DNA of 64,000 nt from an uncultured Ignavibacteriaceae bacterium (GTDB lineage: Bacteria; Bacteroidota; Ignavibacteria; Tepidaquicellales; Tepidaquicellaceae): positions 27,599 to 91,598 of the forward strand of contig CAZVCC010000004.1 in the NCBI GenBank assembly GCA_964626015.1, in the 5' to 3' direction. Shown piece by piece: positions 39,085 to 48,183 of this stretch. Numbering within the stretch: the stretch's first letter is position 1; every line of letters starts with the position of its first letter. The notes beneath the pieces are model-generated. The model did not search any database. It was not told the DNA's origin and was given only the letters and a program-made list of their open reading frames with translations. Position numbers and translations under genes: made by a program.

Positions 39085-40221
39085 ATGATGATAAAAACGA
39101 TACTGATGATTTCGCACTCATCTAACAAGACCGGAGGTGGAGAATTGGATTTTCAGCGGTTGCTTGAATATTTTCATTCAAAAGGTTACTACATCTATTC
39201 CATATTTCCAGAGGGATACAAAACCGAATATTTTAAATCACTTTCAAACGAATATTTAGTTTTACCCGATAATATATTCCCTTTTAATGCGTTAACTGTT
39301 CGGAAGTATATTTATTTTATACACATGACAATAAAGAAGTTTATAGTTTTGTTGCCATTCTTGAATAGAATAAAACATAAGATTGATTCTTGTTTTGTCA
39401 ATTCTTCTGCATGTCTTTCAGAAATCACAGCACTTAGCATTTTAGGTATTCCATATACTCTTTCGGTGAAAGAGGTTATTATGCCCATATACATAAGAAG
39501 ATTGATTAACATTTTTTATAGAAGAACATGCAAAGAAATTATAGTCATTTCCGAATATATTAAGAATATAATTAAGGACGATTTTACCGGCAAAAAAGTT
39601 AGCATTATTAGATCTTCCATATCTGAAGAAGATTTAGACGGGATAAGAAGAAATAGCCGAAAAGAAAAAGATGAATTTATTATACTCAATTCTGGTGTAA
39701 TTACTCCAATCAAAAATCAGGAAATACTTATAAAAGCCGTTGAAAATATAAATTCAGAAATACCAATATCTATCAACTTCATAGGTAGGGTAGAAGACAA
39801 CTCATATTTTGAAAAGCTAAGGAAATTATCAGAATCTGTTTCAAAGAAAGATTTAGAAATAAAATTCTTAGGGGAAGTTACAAAGAAACAGGCTCTTGAG
39901 TTGGAATGCAATTCGGACCTTTTAGTTATTACTTCAAAGCAAGAAGGAATGTCACTCATTGTAGCTGAAGCTCTGTATTTCAGGATTCCTGTTATATCGA
40001 CAAGGACCGGTGTAGCATTGGAAGTAATTAATGATGGTTATGACGGATTTCTTTTTGACGACAAAGATATTCCAAAATTGTCAGAAATAATTAGAAACCT
40101 TGTGAATTGTCCGGAACTTTGCAAAGAAATATCAGAAAATCAAAATGGATTGTATGATAAATATTTCAGTTTCAATTTTTATTTAAAAGAACACGAGAAA
40201 ATTTTATTGAAAAATGATTAA
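39085..40221 (+). CDS. Glycosyltransferase family 4 (GT-B)
   Basis: EGMSLIVAEALYFRIPVISTRTGVALEVINDGYDGFLF (the E-x7-E region). Confidence 0.85.
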   Translation: MMIKTILMISHSSNKTGGGELDFQRLLEYFHSKGYYIYSIFPEGYKTEYFKSLSNEYLVLPDNIFPFNALTVRKYIYFIHMTIKKFIVLLPFLNRIKHKIDSCFVNSSACLSEITALSILGIPYTLSVKEVIMPIYIRRLINIFYRRTCKEIIVISEYIKNIIKDDFTGKKVSIIRSSISEEDLDGIRRNSRKEKDEFIILNSGVITPIKNQEILIKAVENINSEIPISINFIGRVEDNSYFEKLRKLSESVSKKDLEIKFLGEVTKKQALELECNSDLLVITSKQEGMSLIVAEALYFRIPVISTRTGVALEVINDGYDGFLFDDKDIPKLSEIIRNLVNCPELCKEISENQNGLYDKYFSFNFYLKEHEKILLKND

Positions 40222-41167
40222 AACCTCAATAATAATACTAAATTACAATACTGCTTCTTATTCAGAGAAGCTTATTGAGTCTATTAATGAACATTTGAAT
40301 CTAAATGAATGTGAAGTAATTCTTGCGGATAATAATTCTAAGGACAAGTCGTTCAGAAAAATCAGCAATAGATTTCCGTTTATTAGAATCATTGAATTTG
40401 ATAACAATTTAGGATTTGCTACAGGTAATAACAAAGCAACTGAATACGCAAAAGGTGAGTATCTTTTATTCCTGAATCCCGATGTTATTATCAGAGAAAA
40501 CAATTTAAATATACTTCGAGATTATTTGGAGACCCACCCGGATGTTGGTATCGTTTCAGGATTAATGGTTGATATCGAAAATAAACCAATTTACTGCTAC
40601 AATTCCTTCCCTACGATTGAATGGGAGTTATTCCAGTTTTTGGGTTTTGGATATGATTATAAAATCAAGAAATTGCTATCACGGAAAGAAATTGAGGACA
40701 ACTCTACATTTGAGGTCGATTGGTTTCACGGAGCGTTCATATTAACAAGCAAGAACAACTTCAAAGCGGTAAACGGATTCAACGAAGATCATTTCATGTA
40801 TTATGAGGATGTTGAATTGTGTTACTCTTTAAAAAATAAACTCGGATTAAAAAATGTTTGCATCCCTAAATTGAGATACATTCATCATACCAGAGCAACT
40901 TTTTGTGATGTAAGTAAAGACGATATATATTATTTCCACATAAACAGAGGAAAGCTTATTTTTATCCAAAACTACAGTTTTATTCGTCGTAATTTATTAA
41001 AGTTGATTTCGTTCGGTGGTGTAATAATAAGAATATTATTACTTCCATTTTGGAAAAAATACAGAAAAATAAAGAAAAGCAAGTTTATTCAGTTGCTGAA
41101 AATTTCTCGTCTTCACATAAGTAGAAAATATTTGTTTTCCAGCAAATATGAATTTATAATGAGATGA
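40214..41167 (+). CDS. Glycosyltransferase family 2
   Basis: IIILNYNT, ADNNSKD, GFATGNN and YYEDVELCY. Confidence 0.85.
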   Translation: MIKTSIIILNYNTASYSEKLIESINEHLNLNECEVILADNNSKDKSFRKISNRFPFIRIIEFDNNLGFATGNNKATEYAKGEYLLFLNPDVIIRENNLNILRDYLETHPDVGIVSGLMVDIENKPIYCYNSFPTIEWELFQFLGFGYDYKIKKLLSRKEIEDNSTFEVDWFHGAFILTSKNNFKAVNGFNEDHFMYYEDVELCYSLKNKLGLKNVCIPKLRYIHHTRATFCDVSKDDIYYFHINRGKLIFIQNYSFIRRNLLKLISFGGVIIRILLLPFWKKYRKIKKSKFIQLLKISRLHISRKYLFSSKYEFIMR

Positions 41168-42258
41168 AAAAACTAAGAATATTACTAACATTAAACAACA
41201 GCCTAATAAGTGGGATTGAGAATTTTATACTGGAACTTGTAAGAAATTCAGACAGAACCAGGTTTGAATTTACAGTGGCTGTCCCTTGTAACGGGCAGAT
41301 TGTAGGCGCTCTTAAGGAGTTGGGCATAAAATGCTATATTTTCAATAACAATTGCCGAAAACCGCATAATGTAAAAGGAATCATAAATCTTGTCAGGATA
41401 TTATTGCAAGGCAAATTTGATATTATACATGCACAGGCAGGAGTTTTTCCGTGTGTTTTGGGGTATTTATTAGGTGTAAAACTGCGGCTTGAACATAAAC
41501 ACGGCCTTGATTTTACTGAAGAGCAGAGGGAAAACATGGGCAGTTTAAGAATATTGTATGAGTCAGTTAAAAAATACTTTGTGAATTATACCGTTACCGT
41601 TTGTGAAAGGGATAGGAATTATCTTGTTAGTAAGTTCGGATATAATCCTAATAAAGTTATTACTGCTTATAATGGTGTAAAAGATATTTCTGAATCAATA
41701 AAAAACATTAGTAAAAAAGAAATTACAATTGGTACGGTTTGTAGGTTAACTTACCAGAAGGCTCCGGAATATTTTATTGAAATAGCTAAGCTGATAGAAA
41801 AAACAGAAACGAGTAAGAATATAAGATATGAAATCTGGGGAACCGGCGAGCTGAAAGAAACACTTGAAAAACTAATATCAAAATACGGACTTGAGAGTAA
41901 AGTCTTTCTAATGGGATACATGTACGACAAAGCTGAAACGTTAAGTAAATTTGATGTTTTTGTTCTTACTTCAAGATATGAAGGAATTCCTTATGTCATA
42001 TTGGAAGCTATGAGTGCCGGTGTCCCTGTAGTTACGGCTGATGCGGGAGGTACTAGCGAAGTTATTGAGAATGGTAGAAACGGAATACTATTACCTAGGG
42101 GGGAATTAAAATTAATGGCTGATTCGATAATAAATTTATTAAATGATAAAAAATTAAATAATAGTTTAAAAGAAGAGGCTTATTTAGATTTTAAAAACAA
42201 ATGGACGGTTGAGAAAACAATTACCAAAATATTAAAAATCTATTATATAAGTCACTAA
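41164..42258 (+). CDS. Glycosyltransferase family 4 (GT-B)
   Basis: YEGIPYVILEAMSAGVPVVTADAGGTSEVIENGRNGILL. The start overlaps the upstream stop as ATGA. Confidence 0.85.
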   Translation: MKKLRILLTLNNSLISGIENFILELVRNSDRTRFEFTVAVPCNGQIVGALKELGIKCYIFNNNCRKPHNVKGIINLVRILLQGKFDIIHAQAGVFPCVLGYLLGVKLRLEHKHGLDFTEEQRENMGSLRILYESVKKYFVNYTVTVCERDRNYLVSKFGYNPNKVITAYNGVKDISESIKNISKKEITIGTVCRLTYQKAPEYFIEIAKLIEKTETSKNIRYEIWGTGELKETLEKLISKYGLESKVFLMGYMYDKAETLSKFDVFVLTSRYEGIPYVILEAMSAGVPVVTADAGGTSEVIENGRNGILLPRGELKLMADSIINLLNDKKLNNSLKEEAYLDFKNKWTVEKTITKILKIYYISH

Positions 42259-42267
42259 TAAATTAAA

Positions 42268-43017
42268 ATGATCCCAAATATTTTTCATCTGATTTATTTT
42301 TATAAAGATAAAAGCTCATTTCCGCTTGCTCATTTCATTAATATAAATTCAATTCGGATTCTTAATAATCCAGAAAAAATATATTTTTACTCAGACAAAC
42401 TTCCGGAAGGTAAGTATTGGGAGAAAATCTCCTCATTTGTCGAATTTATAAAGGTTTCTCCCCCTGATTCTGTTTTTAATAGAAAACTTTACCACATCGC
42501 ACATAAATCAGATGTTCTTAGACTTCAAATATTAATGGAAAAGGGCGGAATTTATTTGGACATGGATGTTATTTGTAAGAAGGCATTTACTCCATTACTA
42601 ATTCATGATTTTGTTATAGGGAAACAGGGAAAGTGGAGAAATATGGGACTTTGTAACGGAGTAATTTTTTCCAATAAAAATTCCAACTTCCTGAAAATAT
42701 GGTATAATGAGTTCAAGAATTTCAGGTCTAAAGGCCATGATAAATATTGGGCAGAAATGTCAGTCAGAAAACCATTAGAACTGTCAAAAAAACACAGAGA
42801 ACTTTTACATATTGAGCCTTACAACAGCTTTCATTATCCGTTGTACTATTCATTTGATGTCAAAAGGATTTTTGAGAAAGATCTCAATTTCCCTAATGCT
42901 TATTGTCATCACTATTGGGATGGTATCTCTTTTGACAAATACCTTAAAAATATTTCCGAGAAGGATATTATTGAAAAAAACACAACTTATAATAGAATAG
43001 CTCGGAATTTCTTATAA
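42268..43017 (+). CDS. Glycosyltransferase with a DXD sugar-binding region (GT32/Och1-like)
   Basis: HKSDVLRLQILMEKGGIYLDMDV. Confidence 0.65.
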   Translation: MIPNIFHLIYFYKDKSSFPLAHFININSIRILNNPEKIYFYSDKLPEGKYWEKISSFVEFIKVSPPDSVFNRKLYHIAHKSDVLRLQILMEKGGIYLDMDVICKKAFTPLLIHDFVIGKQGKWRNMGLCNGVIFSNKNSNFLKIWYNEFKNFRSKGHDKYWAEMSVRKPLELSKKHRELLHIEPYNSFHYPLYYSFDVKRIFEKDLNFPNAYCHHYWDGISFDKYLKNISEKDIIEKNTTYNRIARNFL

Positions 43018-43368
43018 ATGTTTTTCACTCTTTTTAGATAGGAAGATAATTATTATTTATTTATATATTTAAGGTTAAAAAATTTATTAATCAATCTAAC
43101 TGTTTTGACATATAACTTAGTGGATTCTATTGTAATAACGAATAATTTATTTATTTTTATTATAATTTTTAGTTAATTAGGCCATTAAGGTATTTACGTT
43201 TAAGTATAGTAACCCAAATGATATTTACATAAATACATAAAAAGTAGAAATCATATTGATTTTAATCACAATTATGCAATTGAATGAAGTATTATTAATT
43301 ATTATCTTAAACGTTAGATTAATTCTAACAATAAATAACTGCTAAATCATATTATTACAGCTGATAAT

Positions 43369-44196
43369 TTGGAAAATCCTAAAGTAAGTATAGTTTTACC
43401 TACATACAATAGAATCGAATGGTTAGTTAAATCAATCGAAAGCGTACGTAAACAAACTTACCAAAACTGGGAATTATTTGTTATTGATGATATTTCTTCT
43501 GACGGTACGGATAGTAAAATGCTTGAATTTTGCAATATTGATTCTAGAATTAAGTATTTTAAACTACCTGTTACTGAAGAAGTAGGAATTTCAAAGTTTT
43601 TAAATTTTGGAATTAATAACGGTTCGGGTAAATATATTGCTCGACTTGATGATGATGATAAATGGATAGATTGTGATAAATTGAAGAAACAAGTTGAGTT
43701 TATGGAAAAAAACCCTGATTATGTCCTTATTGGAGGTGGAATAATTGTTATTGATAGTAATGAAAGGGAGCTATTCAGGTATCTTGAAAATGAGACAGAT
43801 GAACAGATTAGAAAAAAAGCATTACTATCCAATCCCTTTACTCATCCTGCTGTTCTTTTTAGAAGAGATTCAGCTATTAAAATTGGTGGGTATAAAGTTC
43901 TGGAATTTGCAGAAGACTGGGATTTTTTCTTACGACTTGGAAATGTAGGTAAGATGTATAACATTCCTGAATATGTTGCTCATTATTTAATGGCTGGGCA
44001 AAATATTTCTATTAAGAATCAACGTGAATTAGCAAAAAATTTATTTGGTATAATTAAAGCTCACAAGAATAACTATCCAAACTACTGGAAAGGATATTTA
44101 ATAAACGTATTCCAACTCTTACATTCATATTTACCAGCATTTTTCAGGACGAATTCTACAACATTTTTAAGATATATAAAAAGAAAATACTTTTAA
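43369..44196 (+). CDS. Glycosyltransferase family 2
   Basis: VSIVLPTYNR, VIDDISSDGT and ARLDDDD. TTG start. Confidence 0.8.
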   Translation: MENPKVSIVLPTYNRIEWLVKSIESVRKQTYQNWELFVIDDISSDGTDSKMLEFCNIDSRIKYFKLPVTEEVGISKFLNFGINNGSGKYIARLDDDDKWIDCDKLKKQVEFMEKNPDYVLIGGGIIVIDSNERELFRYLENETDEQIRKKALLSNPFTHPAVLFRRDSAIKIGGYKVLEFAEDWDFFLRLGNVGKMYNIPEYVAHYLMAGQNISIKNQRELAKNLFGIIKAHKNNYPNYWKGYLINVFQLLHSYLPAFFRTNSTTFLRYIKRKYF

Positions 44197-44198
44197 TC

Positions 44199-45152
44199 AT
44201 GGTTTATTTTATTGCAGGAGGTGCGGGATTTATTGGAAGTCATCTTGTTAGAAAGATGTTAAGAGATGATATGGATGTCCAGGTTATTATTTATGATAAT
44301 TTTTCGTCTGGTCAAATGTGGCATCTTGAAGAGGTGCTTGATGACAAAAGACTTAATATTATCAAAGGGGATATCAAGGATATTGAATTGCTAGTTGCTT
44401 CAATGAAATCAGCGGACTGCGTTTACCACTTTGCTTCTAATCCCGATATCTCAAAAGCAGTAACACAACCCGACATTGATTTCTGGGAAGGAACGTATCT
44501 TACAAATAACATTCTTGAAGCTGTTAGAAGAAATGCTGTTCCAAAACTTATTTATGCTTCGGGAAGCGGTGTTTATGGTGATGCTGGATATGTTGAAACC
44601 GATGAAGATTATTCACCGTTGATTCCTATTTCCACTTACGGAGCTAGCAAGCTTGCCGGTGAAGCTTTAATAAGTTCTTATTGTTTTATGTTCGGACTTA
44701 ATGCTGCAGCATTTAGGTTTGCTAATGTTGTAGGTCCAAATCAGACACACGGAGTTGGTTATGATTTTTTAAATAAACTTATTATAAATCCAGTAGAACT
44801 TGATATTCTCGGTAATGGTACTCAAAGCAAATCATATATATATGTCTATGACGTATTAAATGCTATAAGACTTATAGAGACAAAATATCTAAAAGGTTTT
44901 TCTTATTTTAACGTTGCGACAAATGATTATATTACCGTAAAAGAAATCGCTGAGGTAGTGCTCGATGTAATGGGTTTGAAAAATACTAAATTAAATTTTG
45001 GAGAAGGTGATAGAGGATGGAAAGGCGATGTACCAATTGTTCGGCTTAATTCTGAAAAGATAAGAAATATCGGATGGACGAATAAATACAATTCTAAACA
45101 AGCAATTTTCGAGTCTGTTTCACAGATGTTTAATAAATTAAAGAATCAATGA
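44199..45152 (+). CDS. NAD-dependent nucleotide-sugar epimerase/dehydratase (extended SDR)
   Basis: GGAGFIGSHL Rossmann motif and the YGASK catalytic YxxxK. Confidence 0.85.
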   Translation: MVYFIAGGAGFIGSHLVRKMLRDDMDVQVIIYDNFSSGQMWHLEEVLDDKRLNIIKGDIKDIELLVASMKSADCVYHFASNPDISKAVTQPDIDFWEGTYLTNNILEAVRRNAVPKLIYASGSGVYGDAGYVETDEDYSPLIPISTYGASKLAGEALISSYCFMFGLNAAAFRFANVVGPNQTHGVGYDFLNKLIINPVELDILGNGTQSKSYIYVYDVLNAIRLIETKYLKGFSYFNVATNDYITVKEIAEVVLDVMGLKNTKLNFGEGDRGWKGDVPIVRLNSEKIRNIGWTNKYNSKQAIFESVSQMFNKLKNQ

Positions 45153-46132
45153 TCCTTTCAAAGGCACCTGTAAGATTGTCAATGGGTGGAGGAGGAACCG
45201 ACCTCGCTTCTTATTATAGAGAATATGGGGGATTTCTTCTTGCAACATCCATAAATAAATTTGTATACATACTTTTAAATAGAAGGTTTGAGGATAATTT
45301 TCGTCTTTCTTATTCAAAAACAGAAATTATTAATACAGTTGAAGAAATTGAACATCCAATATTTAGGGAATCAATCAAATATGTAGGTATTGAAGGTAAA
45401 GTTGAGATTGTTTCAGTATCCGATGTTCCTTCAAACTGCGGTCTTGGAACATCTTCAACTTTTACTGTTGCCTTACTCAATGCTTTGTATGCATATAGGA
45501 GGGATTACATAGGAATTGATAAGCTTGCAGAATCTGCTTGCCATATCGAAATAAATGTTTTAAATGAACCAATAGGCAAACAAGACCAATATGCATCAGC
45601 TTTCGGTGGGTTTAATGCTTACTACTTTGAAAAAGACGGTTCCGTTAGAGTAGAACCATTAAGGATAAAAGAGGAAATGATGATAGAGCTTCAGAATAAT
45701 ATATTTCTATTTTATCTTAATAAAAACAGGTCAGCAAGTTCTATACTTAAAGAACAGAATGAAAATAGCAAGAAAAACGATAAAGACACGATTGAAAGGC
45801 TCCATAAAATAAAGGAAATTGGGCTCTACACAAAGAAAATTCTTGAAGAGGGAAAAATAAACGAATTTGGAGAAGTATTACACAATCACTGGCTTACTAA
45901 AAAGGGACTGTCAAGCAAGATATCTGATCCTTTTATAGATGAGGCTTATGATATTGCTTTGAAGAACGGTGCAATCGGTGGAAAGGTTGTAGGTGCTGGA
46001 GGGGGTGGATTTTTACTTTTATACTGTCCAAATAACAAACCGAAATTGATTGAAGCATTAAGAAATTTCGGGCTGAAACCTACGTGGTTTTCGTTTGAAT
46101 TTGAAGGAGCTAAAAAAATCTATTCCGCCTGA
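45149..46132 (+). CDS. hddA: GHMP-family sugar kinase, D-glycero-D-manno-heptose 7-phosphate kinase-like
   Basis: KAPVRLSMGGGGTDL N-terminus, PSNCGLGTSST and VGAGGGGF GHMP motifs. ATGA overlap with the upstream gene. Confidence 0.65.
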   Translation: MILSKAPVRLSMGGGGTDLASYYREYGGFLLATSINKFVYILLNRRFEDNFRLSYSKTEIINTVEEIEHPIFRESIKYVGIEGKVEIVSVSDVPSNCGLGTSSTFTVALLNALYAYRRDYIGIDKLAESACHIEINVLNEPIGKQDQYASAFGGFNAYYFEKDGSVRVEPLRIKEEMMIELQNNIFLFYLNKNRSASSILKEQNENSKKNDKDTIERLHKIKEIGLYTKKILEEGKINEFGEVLHNHWLTKKGLSSKISDPFIDEAYDIALKNGAIGGKVVGAGGGGFLLLYCPNNKPKLIEALRNFGLKPTWFSFEFEGAKKIYSA

Positions 46133-46833
46133 TGTCTGCAAAAAATACTTTAGTCATACTTGCTGGTGGTATGGCTACGAGGCTTCGGCCTGTAACCCTA
46201 AGAATTCCGAAATCCCTTATCGATATTAACAGAACCCCATTTATTATTCACCAACTCGAACTAATTAAAAAGTATGGAATTACTGAAGTTGTACTTTGTC
46301 TTGGCAATTTAGGGCAGCCTATCGAAAAACTTATAGGCAGCAATTTTGATGCTACTGTAAATATTCAATATTCCTATGATGGATATGAACTTCTCGGTAC
46401 AGGGGGTGCTATACTAAAAGCATTGCCGATGCTTAGTGATCCATTTATGGTTATGTACGGAGATTCTTATTTGGATATTGATTACATTGAAATTCTGAAT
46501 TATTTTTATGATTTTAACAAATTAGGTCTAATGTCCGTCCTGAAAAATGAGGGTAAATGGGATAAAAGTAATATTATTTTCAGAGATGGAAAAATTTTAA
46601 AATATGATAAGAAAGATGACCCTGAATTTGATTTTATCGATTATGGATTCAGTATCCTGAGAAAAGAGGCTTTTAAAGATTTTCTGCATCAAAAAAACTT
46701 TGATTTGAAGGATATTTTCAAGCACCTTATTGCTAAAGGCCAGTTGCTCGGATTTGAAGTTTTTAATAGATTTTATGAAATCGGCTCTTTTAAAGGCATT
46801 GAAGAGTTAAAGAATTATTTAAAAAGTAAATAA
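46132..46833 (+). CDS. hddC: Sugar-1-phosphate nucleotidyltransferase, heptose-1-phosphate guanylyltransferase-like
   Basis: LAGGMATRLRPVTLRIPKSL signature. The start overlaps the upstream stop. Confidence 0.65.
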   Translation: MSAKNTLVILAGGMATRLRPVTLRIPKSLIDINRTPFIIHQLELIKKYGITEVVLCLGNLGQPIEKLIGSNFDATVNIQYSYDGYELLGTGGAILKALPMLSDPFMVMYGDSYLDIDYIEILNYFYDFNKLGLMSVLKNEGKWDKSNIIFRDGKILKYDKKDDPEFDFIDYGFSILRKEAFKDFLHQKNFDLKDIFKHLIAKGQLLGFEVFNRFYEIGSFKGIEELKNYLKSK

Positions 46834-46844
46834 ATATTATTTTA

Positions 46845-47444
46845 TTGGAAAAATATATATATAATTATTTTAAAGAAGTTTTAGAAGTTGCTTCGAAAAT
46901 TGATAAAGTTAATGTTACAAACATTGTCGAAGACTTGAAGTATGTTAAAAATTCCGGAGGCAGATTATTTATACTTGGTGTTGGTGGAAGTGCTGCAAAT
47001 GCGTCCCATACTGTTAATGATTTTAGAAAAATTTGTGGTATTGAAACTTATACACCTACGGATAACGTCTCTGAATTGACTGCTCGTGTCAACGATGACG
47101 GATGGGAAACTGTTTTTGAAAAATGGCTTATTACAAGCAGGTTGAATGATAAAGATGGCATATTAATCCTGTCTGTTGGTGGCGGTAATGTTGAAAAAAA
47201 CATCAGCGTTAATCTTATCAGAGCAATCGATTTAGCTTTAAAAAGAAATGCAAGAATCATGGGCATTGTAGGCAAAGATGGCGGTTATACAGCTAAGAAC
47301 TCTACAAGTTGTGTCGTTATTCCTGTAATTAGTGAAAGCAGTATTACACCGCATTCTGAATCTTTTCAGTCAGTTGTGCTGCATTGTATTGCTACACATC
47401 CTGATTTAAAAGTGAATGAAATGAAGTGGGAATCAACAAAGTAA
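46845..47444 (+). CDS. gmhA: SIS-domain sugar-phosphate isomerase, sedoheptulose-7-phosphate isomerase-like
   Basis: RLFILGVGGSAANASHTVNDF SIS motif. TTG start. Confidence 0.6.
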   Translation: MEKYIYNYFKEVLEVASKIDKVNVTNIVEDLKYVKNSGGRLFILGVGGSAANASHTVNDFRKICGIETYTPTDNVSELTARVNDDGWETVFEKWLITSRLNDKDGILILSVGGGNVEKNISVNLIRAIDLALKRNARIMGIVGKDGGYTAKNSTSCVVIPVISESSITPHSESFQSVVLHCIATHPDLKVNEMKWESTK

Positions 47445-47457
47445 TCAATAATCCAAG

Positions 47458-48165
47458 ATGAATTTAAAAATTAAAATATTCAGCGACGGTGCAGATGTAA
47501 ACGAAATGGAGAATGCTTCTAAGCTTGGCATCATAAGCGGATTTACAACAAATCCGACACTTATGAAGAAAAGTGGCATTACAGATTACAAGAAATTTGC
47601 ACTTGAAGCTATCAGTAAGGTCAATAATTTGCCGATTTCATTTGAAGTTTTTTCTGATGATTTTGAAAGCATGGAGAAAGAAGCAATTAAAATATCGGGA
47701 TGGGGTGAAAATGTTTACGTGAAAATTCCTGTTACAAACACTAATCGTGAATCTTCTGTTGATTTGATAAAATCTCTTGACAAAAGAGGTATAAAGTTAA
47801 ACATTACTGCAATATTGACTTTGAATCAGGTTCAGGATTTATTTGACAATCTAAATGAGAATTCAAAGTCTATTATTTCTGTTTTTGCAGGACGTATTGC
47901 AGATACTGGAGTTGATCCCATTCCTATTATGAAAAAAGCAAAATCTATACTATCTCCAAAACGTAATCTTGAACTTCTTTGGGCAAGTTCACGTGAATTA
48001 CTTAATATTTTTCAAGCTCAGGAATGCGGATGTGATATAATTACTGTTACAAATGATCTATTGAAAAAACTAAAAATGGTTGGTACGGATCTTGGTGATT
48101 TATCTCTCGAAACTGTGAAAATGTTTTATAATGACGCAAAGTCAGCCGGATACAAGATTCTTTAG
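47458..48165 (+). CDS. Transaldolase family protein (short, Fsa/TalC-like)
   Basis: GFTTNPTL, and VYVKIPVT with the Schiff-base Lys. Confidence 0.8.
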   Translation: MNLKIKIFSDGADVNEMENASKLGIISGFTTNPTLMKKSGITDYKKFALEAISKVNNLPISFEVFSDDFESMEKEAIKISGWGENVYVKIPVTNTNRESSVDLIKSLDKRGIKLNITAILTLNQVQDLFDNLNENSKSIISVFAGRIADTGVDPIPIMKKAKSILSPKRNLELLWASSRELLNIFQAQECGCDIITVTNDLLKKLKMVGTDLGDLSLETVKMFYNDAKSAGYKIL

Positions 48166-48183
48166 TAATTTAAAGAAAATATT

